Below are positions 38,820-51,424 of a stretch of 64,000 nucleotides of DNA, piece after piece. Origin of the DNA: Lingula anatina (taxonomy: Eukaryota > Animalia > Brachiopoda); contig CM120642.1 of the NCBI GenBank assembly GCA_051362555.1, positions 28,706,001 through 28,770,000 on the forward strand, given 5' to 3'. The position numbers and the translations under genes were made by a program. Each line of letters begins with the position of its first letter. Position 1 is the first letter of the stretch. The notes beneath the pieces were generated by a model. The model was not told where the DNA came from. It was given only the letters and a program-made list of their open reading frames with translations, and ran no database searches.

Positions 38820-39290
38820 CTTTAGAAAGAACATAAATATATATCATGCTAAGCACTTGGAGAGAATGAGGAAAAAACGCCAATGAAGAAATGTGAATGT
38901 ACCTTATCATTTCAACCCTTAGAGAGTCACAGTTCTTAAAAAAATTGAAATAAAATTTCACCAGTGGCATGCAATTCACAACCATATTTATATCTTCTTT
39001 CAAATCATAACCAAACTACTTCCTTACTGGCTTTTCAAATATTTTTACAGGATAAAAAAAGCATGCCAAAAGCACCAACAAAACTGCAGAATTTAACTTC
39101 CTATGAAAAAGACATGGAGAAATATATAACAAGGCAGCAAAGCTGTCAAATGTACAGACAAAAAACAGAAAATAAAGATGCAAAATAGGTCATTTTGTCA
39201 ATTTTGATGCAATAATAAATAATGCTTATAATAGCACTGTCAGTCAACACTGAATTTTAATCATGCACAACAGGTAAAATGGTCAATAAC

Positions 39291-39460
39291 ATGAGCGGAC
39301 CCACAGATATTTTCTGACAGTATTCCAAAGTATCTATTTTGATCCATCCTCCATTTTGATGGTCTTCCAACAGAAGAAAAAATAGATACCAGGCAATATA
39401 AACTTAATAACCTGCATGACTGTCTTCCGGAAGTCCCAGAAGATGGTCTCAATCTACCCT
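39291..39460. mobile_element. MITE family C, copy 2 (inverted)
   Basis: AGATATTTTCTGACAG..CCCAGAAGATGG is the reverse complement of the family core. Confidence 0.7.
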
Positions 39461-39699
39461 TTCAATAAGATTACAGTTTCAGGACCATGAGAGTTCAAAT
39501 TCACATGATGTAAGTCTCAATATTTGAAAAATGATGACAGTGCATAAAATAATATTACATAAGTAACATAATGTTTAAAGACATAAAAAACAATACAACT
39601 GCTTATGTGGAAAAACAGAAATGTCAGAGTCTCAGGCGGATGAGAGTTTAAAGTCACAAATGCAAGTGTTTGAGAAAAAATTATAAAGGAAAACAACAA

Positions 39700-39884
39700 A
39701 ACTAGAAAAGCACTCCGAGAGTGCAGACCTCTGCCAAGGTAGCAATTGTTGATTATTATTGATTTTTGTCCTCTTTGGCCCACTTCTGACAGTTCCTGAA
39801 AATTTCAGCAAAATCGGTCCATAACTTTTTGAGTTATGTTGATGACAAACAGGGGTGAAAATATAACCTCCTTGGCAGAGGTAA
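39700..39884. mobile_element. Short non-autonomous Helentron-type element
   Basis: AACTAGAAAAGCACTC start; subterminal inverted repeat ACCTCTGCCAAGG (39727-39739) / CCTTGGCAGAGGT (39870-39882); ATAACCTCCTTGGCAGAGGTAA end. Confidence 0.75.
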
Positions 39885-39930
39885 ACATAATTCCAATGAA
39901 GCTGCTATTCAAACTTTTAATCTTTCAGTT

Positions 39931-39932
<2 letters not shown>

Positions 39933-40014
<82 letters not shown>
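39933..40014. repeat. (AT)n microsatellite
   Basis: ~40 perfect AT units. Confidence 0.95.
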
Positions 40015-40016
<2 letters not shown>

Positions 40017-41799
40017 CTTATTTGCAATATTAAACAAAATTTACCTGCATAATTATCACTGCTTCCTTATTATTAATCTAGCAGAGAGCTTAACCTATGG
40101 GAGTTTACAGGGAAATATCAACAAGTGTGCTTTATGTAATCTCAAATCACAAGTGTGCTTTATGTAGCCTATCAATTAGGCAAATTACTTTATAACTGAA
40201 ATTAGCGAAGTGATACCCAAGGGAAATTTATAGACTGACCCTCTCAAAGGTCTTTCAGGCCCATAAGTCACAACTTAAGAAGAGCACAAAACAATAATGC
40301 ACAAAATAGGAGACTACCACTTCTGATGCAATAATACATTATGTTTAAAGATGCATACAAAGTCAATTTTTTGTCACAAAAACCAACCAAATGCCAGGAT
40401 ATAGTTTCAAGTAGTATAACTAAGAGAATTACCAAAAAGCATTGTTTAATTTTACCCGAAAATGATGTTTGAACAGATTTTTCTGCTGGCATTCTAAGCT
40501 GTATGTCAATGGGGCAGGAAAGTAGGTCACGGAAGTAGGTTAAATTTACAACCATAAATTTAAAGAAAGGAGCAGTCTAAAGGTCTTTTTTGGCTGATCG
40601 AGTGATCTATTCAGTTTATCCCTTGGCTTGTCAAATTTATTTGAGTCATATAAGATTCTAGTAGAAGTGGTTTACATGTGTTACTCGGAATCCACACTCC
40701 ACCGATGCTCGGTTCGTATGTACCTTTAACTGCACAGTCAACATCAAATTTTAATTTTGCACAACAGGTAACACCGATGAGAGTAAAAGCATAAGGCTTC
40801 AGGCCCATCAGAGTTCAAGTTTATACTTAGAAAGTGCCAGAATGAGAAAAATGAAATTTCACACAAAATTGCATTAAATTCAATAATAAATGATAACCCA
40901 ATTGACCTGGCTTTCTAATTTGAACTGCATGCCAATCCTAAAAATCATACTCTTAAGTTAAATATAATAATAAATAACACAGTTTTCTTTTCATAATGTT
41001 TGCAGTAGCAGTGCAAAAAGATTGTCAATTTTGATGTAACATTACATAATAAATTATAGAATAATTATCACCAATTTTTGATTATTGACTATAAATAGCA
41101 TGAACATGTAGAAAATTTGATTACCATCCGGCTTCATGTCCATGGGAGCTCCGAGTCCCACAATGAATATGCCAAAAAGATAATGAATATTTCACTAAAA
41201 TGAATCACTTCCAGAAAAAGAAGCCCATTAGACTGCTTTTCCAACTTGGGCTGCATTTTAGTCCTGTGTTTCTTTTTTGAAAGTTTGACAATCATAACGA
41301 ACACGATTTTCCCATCATGGTCATCATGGCAGATGTGGATGATTGAATCTGACAAACTGCAATGATATGAGTTTATTTCCGTTTTGGACACTTGATTACA
41401 CAATACATGATAACAAGTTTACCATCATTTTTACATAATCAACTAACAATGTTGTAAAGATGCAGGAAATATCAAACACACACTTTTACGTATCTTATTA
41501 GTTCAATAATGAGACTGTTAACATGCCTAAGAATTGAATCTGAGGAAATTTGAAAAAACAGTACAACTTCTAAAATAATGGCCCGATAACACTGATTTTC
41601 GAACTCAACCTGCATTTTTGTAAGATTGACCACTCCTGTGAGTATAATGACAATTGGCTAAGCTGTTTTTCTTATATTGTGTTATTAATGTTGCATATAT
41701 GTTGAAAAAAGTGAAAAAACAGCATAAAAAATTAAAAGAAAATGTAAAATAAAACATAACAAAAAATACCAATAAAGCTGCTATTCAAACTTTTAATCT

Positions 41800-44481
41800 A
41801 GCTGTACAATTACTAACATGATATGAATAACCCTATTGAGTTTGAGAATAATAAGGCACTGTTATTTATTGAACCAAGTGAATTTTATGAGTATTTTAAA
41901 AGTCTTTGTGAGGAAACTGAATCAAGTAAACACAACTTTGATAAAGACTTCAAGCTTAAAATAGAAAATAAACTAAGGCAAAGTGAAATGAATTCTCCAG
42001 ACAGAACTGCACTTGACCATGACATTAGTGCTGATGAGATCATGAGCAATATAAAAAAATTGAAAAACGGCAAATCAACAGGGGAAGACAAGGTAACCAA
42101 CGAAATGATAAAATCAGGGAAGGATTATCTTAAAGATGTAATTGTAAAATTGTTCAATATCATATACAAAAGTGCTAAGTACCCATCAATATGGAACAAG
42201 GCATATATAGTCCCTATCCACAAATCTGGTGATGAATCAAATGTTAACAACTACAGGGGAATATCTATTACAAGCTGCCTCGGAAAGCTGTACAACTCGG
42301 TCCTGTTAAACAGAATTCAAGCACACGCATCCCAACAAGGGGTACCCCTACCTCATCAAACTGGGTTTAAACATGGTCATGGTACTTCAGATAATATCTT
42401 TATATTTAAGTCCATTATTACAAAATTTATGAAAGGAAAGAAAAAATTATACACATGTTTCATTGACTTTTCAAAAGCATTCGATAGTGTTTGGAGGAAC
42501 GGACTACTATTCAAACTAAGTACTCTAGGAATAAGAGGACTTATGTACAAAAACATTAAAAGCATGTATGAAAACTCCCAAGCATGTGTTAAGACAAGTA
42601 GTGGTATATCCCCGGCCTTTAATACAACACTAGGTGTAAAACAAGGTGACACATTGAGCCCGTTTCTTTTTAATATTTTTATTGATGACCTTCTAAGATC
42701 AATTGATGGCGAAAGTGCTGCAAGTCCAGATATAAATGGAATACCAATACAAGGTTTACTCTATGCTGATGACCTCATCCTTATGTCCAAGACCCCCAAT
42801 GGGCTAAGGCAAAGTTTGGAAATAGTAGAAAATTTCTGTAACAAGTGGAGACTGACTGTAAATGTCACCAAAACTAAAATAGTTATTTTCAACTCAAAAT
42901 CAAAAGCTCACAGTGAAAAATTTTTTCTGTATGGAAAACCAATCCAAGAGGTCAACAAATACATGTATCTAGGTCTCCTTCTAAATCGATCAGGAAGCTT
43001 TACAGAAACCAAAAATAATCTCCTACAACGTGCTACAAAGGCATTCTTCAGTCTGTCTAAGTCTCTTCCACTTCAGAGTAATGTTAACACATCCTTAAAA
43101 GAGAAATTATTTGATACCCTCATTTCCCCAATCCTTACATATTGCTCAGAGATATGGGGCTACTCGGTGTCAACGGATAACTGCCCTACAGAAAAGTTGC
43201 ACTTAAAATTTTGCAAACAAATCCTTGGCCTCCATCAAAACGTATCAAACTATGGTGTATACACTGAACTTGGCCGCCTTCCCCTCTATACCAAAATACA
43301 GTTTGCATCTGTCAAACTATGGTGTAAAATTATTCAAATGTCTGATGCTACACTAATGAAACAAGCGTACATACAAGAGATAAATAGTTACAAGTTGCTG
43401 ACACCCTATGTCCCACCCGCAGTCCACACACTCAGACCAGCTTGTATGTCATGGTCTGAGGGTATTCGAAAAATCCTTTTCACATTTGGCCTTGGTGATG
43501 TGTGGCTTAGCCAGTCACCCCCAAAAAACTTCACCACAATTTTCAAACAAAGACAAACTGACCACTTTACCCAAATATGCAACAGCAAACTTCAAGCCAA
43601 CAGTAAATTATCTCTCTTCCGTATACTTAACCAAAAGTGTGAAAGGGCAACTTATGTTGATAAAATAACAAATTACGACACCTTGTCAACCCTTGCTAAA
43701 CTACGTCTGAGTGACCATAAACTCCACATCGAAACTGGGCGGCACACCAGGCCAAAAACTGAAAGGTGCGACAGAATCTGTCACCTGTGCACACAAGGGG
43801 TAATTGAGGATGAATACCATTTTATATTCCAATGCCCAATGTACAAAACAGACCGAGTCACCTTTTTCAGTAAAACCTCATCCCTAAAAGCTGATTCAAG
43901 GTCACCAGACAGTCAATTATGCCATGTATTTAACAGTGCCAACAAAGATACTTTAGTGTCCATCTCCAACTTTATAATCAAATCATTCAAGAAAAGAAGT
44001 GAAGTGGTTGCTCTGCTTGGTAACTCCTAGCATATCCCTTAAAATGTCAGTGTATGGTGCCACTGTTGTGAGAAGTGACTCGGCAGTGGGACTGAACATG
44101 GCACAATATTTATATCTGTGTAACTTATTTACTTATCTGTCTTATGTAATTGTCATTAATCGTAATTATCAATGTCATCAAACTGGCTTTGAACAGCCAT
44201 GTAAACAGCTATGTAACGGTGGTTTTAAGTTTTTAAAAAAACATATTTAATTCTTTTTGTGTAACATGCTTATACTATGTTTATGTTAAATTTATAATCA
44301 CACCAAGGTTTATCTCATTGCTTAGATAGAATATTCTATGAGTGATTTTACTAGTACTTATCTTCATTATATAAAGATGGTAATGCACTAACTGTATTGT
44401 ATCATCATTTGTATATCATATTGTACAAGGTCATGACAATCTATGTACCAGTACAGAAATAAATTGAATTGAATTGAATTG
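41800..44481 (+). mobile_element. 5'-truncated non-LTR retrotransposon (LINE, RTE-X-like), antisense to crumbs
   Basis: Contains an RT ORF; the 3' end has AATAAA followed by an (ATTGA)n tail at ~44459-44481; no endonuclease domain. The 5' boundary is approximate. Confidence 0.88.
41823..44030 (+). CDS. LINE reverse transcriptase ORF (truncated ORF2)
   Basis: 735 aa uninterrupted; motifs NYRGISITSCLGKLY, QTGFK, FIDFSKAFDSV, GVKQGDTLSPFLF, YADD, YMYLG; C-terminal ICHLC...EDEYHFIFQC zinc-finger-like motif. Confidence 0.92.
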   Translation: MNNPIEFENNKALLFIEPSEFYEYFKSLCEETESSKHNFDKDFKLKIENKLRQSEMNSPDRTALDHDISADEIMSNIKKLKNGKSTGEDKVTNEMIKSGKDYLKDVIVKLFNIIYKSAKYPSIWNKAYIVPIHKSGDESNVNNYRGISITSCLGKLYNSVLLNRIQAHASQQGVPLPHQTGFKHGHGTSDNIFIFKSIITKFMKGKKKLYTCFIDFSKAFDSVWRNGLLFKLSTLGIRGLMYKNIKSMYENSQACVKTSSGISPAFNTTLGVKQGDTLSPFLFNIFIDDLLRSIDGESAASPDINGIPIQGLLYADDLILMSKTPNGLRQSLEIVENFCNKWRLTVNVTKTKIVIFNSKSKAHSEKFFLYGKPIQEVNKYMYLGLLLNRSGSFTETKNNLLQRATKAFFSLSKSLPLQSNVNTSLKEKLFDTLISPILTYCSEIWGYSVSTDNCPTEKLHLKFCKQILGLHQNVSNYGVYTELGRLPLYTKIQFASVKLWCKIIQMSDATLMKQAYIQEINSYKLLTPYVPPAVHTLRPACMSWSEGIRKILFTFGLGDVWLSQSPPKNFTTIFKQRQTDHFTQICNSKLQANSKLSLFRILNQKCERATYVDKITNYDTLSTLAKLRLSDHKLHIETGRHTRPKTERCDRICHLCTQGVIEDEYHFIFQCPMYKTDRVTFFSKTSSLKADSRSPDSQLCHVFNSANKDTLVSISNFIIKSFKKRSEVVALLGNS

Positions 44482-45519
44482 TTATTCATCTTTAGCATTA
44501 ATGTAAGCGTTACACAAATTTTTTTTTGTAAACTTATTTTCCATATTAAATAACATTTACCTGCATAATAATCATCGATTCCTAATTATGTGACACAGTT
44601 AAGAAAGCTAAACCGATGGGACTTTACAATGAAATCTCAATGTGTTTTTATGTAATCTCATTTAATACCCACTTGAAAATTAATTAAGCAAATTATTTTA
44701 TAACCCTGAAATAACTTGAAAATCAATTAAGCAAATTATTTTATGGCCCTGAATTAACTGCCTACTATCCATATACATTTATTGCACCAAATAGCACTGT
44801 ACTGCATTGCTTTCAAAACAGAAAACAATTACGATGGTTTTCCAACACAAGCTGCACTTCACTCTTTTCAGTAAGGTTGATTATCATAAGTAACATGGTT
44901 TTCCCTTAATCGCTATCCTGGCAGCAGTGTCCAAAATAGGGTTTTCTTTAACTTTCATGCAATATAACATAATACTTAACAGCATAATGACCATCAAATT
45001 TTTTATAAAAAAATAAAAGTATCATGGATATTCAGAAAATGTGATATGGAAAGGTCTCCAAGGACATGGAAGTTAGGGTCACACTTTCAAAATGCCAAAA
45101 TGTTAACAAGAGATAACTGTACTGAAATGATTTTCTTTCCATTTTCAACACCTTTTTTACATAAAACCATCATCAATTAACTGTCATTTTTAAATGATCA
45201 ACTAGGAAAATTGTTGACATAGGAAAAATATCAATAGAACAATTTATAATGTCCAATTAGCTCCATTTGGAGATTCTGAACATAGTGAATGATTGAATCT
45301 GACGAACTGCAATGATGAGTTCCTTTCCATTTTTGATACTTTATTACACAATGCAGGATAATAGGTTTACCGTCATTTTTATATAATCAACTAACAATAT
45401 TGTTAAGAAGCAGAAAATGTTAAAACAACACTTTAACATATCCAATTAGTACCGTTATGAGACTGTTAACATGCTTAAGAATTAAATCTGAAGAAAAACC
45501 ACTTATATACAAAAAGGCT

Positions 45520-46795
45520 AATAACTTCATCAAAACTTAACGGATCAAGCTTATTTTCAAACTTGATCTGTATACTGGTCAGATTGATCACTCCTGTGAG
45601 TTGCAAGACAAAAGGCTGATTGGTTTTCCTTAAAATGCGTTATCAGTGTTGCATGTATGCTGAATAAAGGGAAAAAAACAGCATTACTTTTGTAAAAATA
45701 GTCCAATCAAGCCAATTTTCAAACTTGACCTGCGTATAATAAATATTCACCAGTTCTGTAAATTTCAATCCAAGGAAAGGAAAAACATTTTTACACTTAT
45801 CATGTTATCGGTGTTATAAAAGTGCTGAAAAAATTGAAAAAAAAAAACAAAAACAGGATAACTTCCATAAAAATTGCCCGATCTTGCTGATTTTCAAACT
45901 TGACCTGCATATTATGAATATTCATTAGTTCTGTAAGTTTCAAGCCAAATGAAAAAACAGTTTTCCACTTATTGTGTTATCAGTGCTGCATATATGCTGA
46001 AAAAAGTGAAAAAACAGCATAAATTCCCTAACAATAATCGAATCATGCTGATTTTCGAACTTGACTTGCGTATTATGAATATTGATCAGTTCTACAAGTT
46101 TCAAGCCAAAAGGTAAATTGGTTTTCCACTTATGGTGTTATCATGCGGCATATATGCTGAAAAATAGTGAAAAAACAGCATAAATTCCCTAAAAATGACC
46201 CAATCATGCTGATTTTCGAACTTGACCTGTGTATTATGAATATTAATCAGTTTTGTAAGTTTCAAGCCAAAAGGTAGGATGGTTTTCCACTTATCGTGTT
46301 ATCGGGGTTGCATATATGCTGAAAAAAGTGAAAAAACAGCATAAATTCACTAAAAATGACCCGATCATGCTGATTTTCGAACTTGACCTGCGTATTATGA
46401 ATATTCATCAGTTCTGTAACTTTCAAGCCAAAAGGTAAAATGGTTTTTCACTTATCGTGTTATCGGTGCTGCATATATGCTGAAAAAAGTGAAAAAACAG
46501 CATAAATTCCCTAAAAATGACCCGATCATGCTGATTTTCGAACTTGACCTGCGTATTATGAATATTCATCAGTTCTGTAACTTTCAAGCCAAAAGGTAAA
46601 ATGGTTTTTCACTTATCCTGTTATCGGTGCTGCATATATGCTGAAAAAAGTGAAAAAACAGCATAAATTCCCTAAAAGTGACCCGATCATGCTGATTTTC
46701 GAACTTGACCTGCGTATTATGAATATTCATCAGTTCTGTAAGTTTCATACCAAAAGAAAAAACAGTTTTCCATTTATCGTGTTATCGGTAAAAGT
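45520..46795. repeat. 161-bp tandem satellite, ~8 copies, more homogeneous toward the high-coordinate end
   Basis: Unit TGAAAAAAGTGAAAAAACAGCATAAATTCCCTAAAAATGACCCGATCATGCTGATTTTCGAACTTGACCTG... recurs at 46320, 46481 and 46642. Confidence 0.9.
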
Positions 46796-47111
46796 GCACG
46801 GCGACGGCGACGACGGCGACAGCGACGACGGCGACGGCGACGACAGACGCAGATGATGGCTATATGTACAGACACATCTGTGTCTGTACATAAAAAGACT
46901 TCTATGACAGATAGATTTGACATCTAAATACCTCTCACAGAAGATGACGCAGGATATAAAAATAATCATGCAGCAAATGGATAAAACAGCTAAGTACATA
47001 ATTTATCAGGTAAAATATAGCTCAATCAAATAATTTCACCTTCAAATTAGAACCACAAAATATCCGATCCCAAGCAAGTAGTATGAGGCATTGGTTTTTT
47101 TCTATACTTAC

Positions 47112-47841
47112 TTGAAATCATTAAAGAACACATTATTACACGTTCCGTTATTTTCACAAAGATTTCCAGTGGCGCAGAGATCGTCCGTCTGCTCCCCTTC
47201 CACCACACCGTCCAGGGTCACCGGGTACGACTCGTTCAATTGGAAACTGTCGGGAACGGAAACGTTGTAAAACAGCAGCAGTTTGTCATTGAGCCGAGCA
47301 TCCTGGATCGTACCCTTGAAAGGTTCCTGGACAGTAGCAGAGATAGGATTGTACTCTGTAAGTACTGTTTGTCGCCTGCGTCGCCCACTGGAGGAGGAGC
47401 CCAAACCGGGCAACCCGCCAACGTACATCTTTGCTGGATTCAGCATGGTGGCCGTCATGGTCTTTCCTGATAACCTGACGGAATCGATACGGATTTCTAA
47501 TTTATCACGGTTTTTATCAACTTCGATCAAATGTTGTGAACCGTCATTCAAATTGCTGCCCAAGTTGTCTTCATATCTTGCATATGTTCCCTCCATGGTG
47601 TTGTACAGATTGAGAATGACATGCAGACTTGTGCCTTTCAACTCAGCAGAAACGAAGGCTTTGTCGCCTGGGCTATTGGTATTGACACCGCCCAGGTAGA
47701 AAATAAAGCCGTCAGGTTGGCGTGTGCGTATAAACATGCTGATGACATTGACATACTGAAGGAGATTTTTGTCTCTAGCTGGAATAGTAAACTGTGCCAG
47801 ACTTGACGATGAACCTTGACTGAAGGTGGCAGCTGGGAAGG
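47112..47841 (-). CDS. crb: crumbs exon: laminin-G 2 and start of EGF
   Basis: FPAATFSQ...SMFIRTRQPDGFIFYLG...LNDGSQHLI...MYVGG...FKGTIQDARLN...CENNGTCNNVFFNDF; phases 1/2. Confidence 0.95.
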
Positions 47842-48091
47842 CTGGAAAAGATAATGTTATGGGTGTTATTACTTGAAAATATTACAGTCACTTTATCAAA
47901 AAAATGACAATAAGTCACTTTCAAGGCAAAAACAAAAGAATCAAGAAAATTGTTTGTTATAACTGTATAAAGAAATTGTACAAGTTTTTTTTTCTAGAAA
48001 TCAAGTGGTGATACTGGACATTCAAACTCTATACAACAACAAATTCTTAAGTGAAAATAGACATCTCACTCGGCACTCTTCTCTCACTTAC

Positions 48092-49132
48092 TCTGGTTAC
48101 ACTGGGGTCCAGTATACTTCCTCAGGCAGCGACATTTATACTGCCACCAGAGGTCAGCACATACACCCTTGCCGCTACACGGGTCGGGAACACACTGGAC
48201 CTCCCTGTTGCATCCTGGGTAAACTCCCACCAAAGAATTCGGCACATCTTGAGGAACAACCAACTGGCCGTTCAACACAATATCTCTGGTGCAACCAATG
48301 AATGTGACTTCTGATTGGTCAATTGCCCCTGCCATCACTTTACTACCAATGTAGGTCGTGCCGAAGGTGAGGGGGGAACTTACATTGATATTGTCTTGAT
48401 AAGTACACACGCCACCTGGACAATGATTTCCATAGATATGAAGCTTTGTGCTCCCCGCTGAATTCACCGCAAGTTCGATCTGGTGCCACTCTCCATCTTT
48501 TAATCGTTGATTCTCCGATGCAAAGCTGACAGGATTGCCTGTGACCTGGTTAAAGGTGAACTGTAAGTTGTGTCCTGTTAGTGTCAGGAGCATGCTGTCG
48601 CCAGATGGTAACTGGTGGTGCATCAGGACGCCGCTGAGCAGCGTGGTACGCAGCCACAGCACCAGGGTGAAATTCGACCAGTTTTGTGTCGAATTTAACA
48701 CCATGTAGGAGGTACCATTGAAAGAGGCTGATGTGGGAACTTCACAATAGAACCCAGTGAACCCTGACGGACATGAGCAAGTGTAGTTATGCACAGCGGG
48801 AGTTTCAGTCACCAAATATGGCCGGCAAGTGGCGCCATTTTGACAGGCGTTATTTGCACAACCAATCAGCTGTACTGTGCAGTTCTTTCCACCATATTCT
48901 TTCCCCTGTACAGGTCTTGCACACTGACACGTGTAGTCTGCCAGCTTGTCCGTGCACGTGGCCCCATTTTTACATGGTTGGTACTCGTCGCACTCGTTGA
49001 TTTCTGTCTCACAGTGCGTGCCAGTCCAGCCTGCCTCACATGCACACGTGTAGCCATTCAGCCTGTCGTTACAAGTGCCATGCACACATGGGTTAGAATT
49101 ACATTCATCAATGTTCACTTCACAATTCACGC
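48092..49132 (-). CDS. crb: crumbs exon: three EGF, laminin-G 1, EGF
   Basis: [16 protein letters not shown]...YGGKNCTVQLIGC...LRTTLLSG...LKDGEWH...FIGCTRDI...YTGPQCNQ; phases 1/1. Confidence 0.95.
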
Positions 49133-49449
49133 CTGAAAATCAGAGGGAATTCCAACAATCATCATTCAGCAACATAAACTAAATATCACAATAAACAGAA
49201 AAGTTGGCAATTTCTTTAAAATGTGATGATTGATCTTACAACTTTGAACATATCAACTACTCTTCTGATAATGTATAATTAACACAATATCATAAATTTC
49301 TTAAATTGGTATTCGATATCTGTTTCAGTGATACCAGTCAAGTTACATGTTGACCCTTATAGTGGACTAAAATACAGCATTGTGTGAATTGAAAATTCTG
49401 CATTGCAGTAGTTGAGATAAAAAAAAATCTCCATATTGTGTTTGCTCAC

Positions 49450-49657
49450 CTGTGGACCCTGGCACACACTCGCACACATAACCAGCCGCAGTGGAGAAGT
49501 TAAAGTTGTTGAAGTTCAGGTAGCCCTGCTGGTACAGGGAGAGGTCGGAGCGCTCGAGACACGTGCTGTTATAACGACACGGGTTGGACTCGCACTCGTT
49601 GATGTCGATCTCACAGTTCTTGCCCTGGTAACCTTCCCAGCATGTACAATTGTAGTC
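49450..49657 (-). CDS. crb: crumbs exon: EGF with Crumbs-type insert
   Basis: DYNCTCWEGYQGKNCEIDINECESNPCRYNSTCLERSDLSLY...FSTAAGYVCECVPGST; phases 0/1. Confidence 0.93.
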
Positions 49658-49994
49658 CTAAAAGTGAGGAGTACACATTCCAAGGTTTATTTAGAAGGTT
49701 GTTCCATGGAAAGAGCAAAATTTAAAAGAAAAGAGAGAATAAGTGTATTTGTCAATGTAATAATTGAAGGAAGATCTGAATGTTTATCACACTGGTGTTC
49801 AACACATTAAAATGTTTTTTTAAATCAAAAGGTGAAAACTTTGTATATCCCAGACATAAATGCCCATAAAAAATGTTCCTGATAAAATACCAAGTCGTAA
49901 TAACTGTGATACAATTTATCAGTGCCTTGTAAAAACTTACCACTTCTTAAATGAGGGAAGAAGGAATGAAATGAAATGAAATGACATGAACTTA

Positions 49995-50255
<261 letters not shown>

Positions 50256-51381
50256 TCAGAACACATGTAGACCAGTTACGTTAAAACACAAACAGGGAAA
50301 TGCCACTGTGATAACATTAGGTATGGATTGAAAATGCTTGATAATGTTTTTTTCTAAATTCAATTTAGAATATATTCTTATTAAAGCGACTTATCAAAAA
50401 TGTTTAAAGGATTTGTAAACTATTAAAATACCTAATAAGTAGGAAAATAGAATTGTTGGAAATCTCTACTACTTGTTGCCAAGATGTCTTTTCACCCTTT
50501 CTTATATGCTTAAAATATTTTTGAAACATTTGTGCAACACAGATTTTTCTCTAAACCTATTTCTTATATAAACAGTCACACAATAAACAACAAAATGCAT
50601 GCGGTTGCAGATTACTATAACTTCAACATGCACAGTCACACACACAAGAATATAATATAATATAATATGTGTTATAGACATATATATAGCATATGTATGT
50701 ATATGATGGTAGATAGGCTGCTTTTGAAGCTCTATCAGTCTTGTGAATGGGTTACAATACACAGCTGATTTGACATCTTTGACACGTTACAATACAGATG
50801 CCCTGAATTATTCTCTAAATTAGTTTTAGGACAAAGATCTCATTTTCAGTGATGATATTTCAATATTATTAATGTATTAATTAAAATCATCATACAGAAG
50901 ATGCCTCTTTATCTTAATATGTGTTTGTGCTCCAAGCGGTATTCTATTCAGTGCTGCAGTTTGTGGAGGAACAAACATAATAACAGTAGATTTTAACAAC
51001 AACAGTATTGTACAACCAACACTATCTAGGAATACAGAAATTGAAACATGCACGCAATGCATTGGCCTCTTTACCTTGGGATAATGGAGAGCAAAATAAA
51101 AGTATAATAATATGAATAAATTGAACTAAAGCTATGAATTCAACACAAAATATTTTAATTTCTTTTCTCTTTTTACATCATGAATGATTAGTACATTAAA
51201 AGGCCTAGGGTTAAGTTTTATTAAGCATGCCTTTCCATAACTCGAAAGTGGTTTCTGTTCCTATATTAAAACATATCACACACACATTTTCTCTAGAATA
51301 GAATGACCATTAAGTTAAGACCAGATTCAGGTTCTTACCAATGGTAAAATGTGACATTTTATTCCTATAAGTATTTCTGTA

Positions 51382-51424
<43 letters not shown>

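Larger units (their letters stand above)
39128..46896. mobile_element. Large non-autonomous Helitron/Helentron-type (HINE-like) element with nested insertions
   Basis: Starts AACAAG...ATGTACAGACA (39128-39160). Ends with a 161-bp tandem array, a GACGGC/GAC microsatellite and a perfect 14-bp-arm hairpin TATGTACAGACACA-tc-TGTGTCTGTACATA (46863-46892) whose arm matches the start motif. Confidence 0.7.

Noticed and set aside
47236-49810. Antisense and alternate-frame ORFs overlapping crumbs exons (also over the GPCR and LINE)
   Set aside because: Shadow frames of real coding sequence with no domain features
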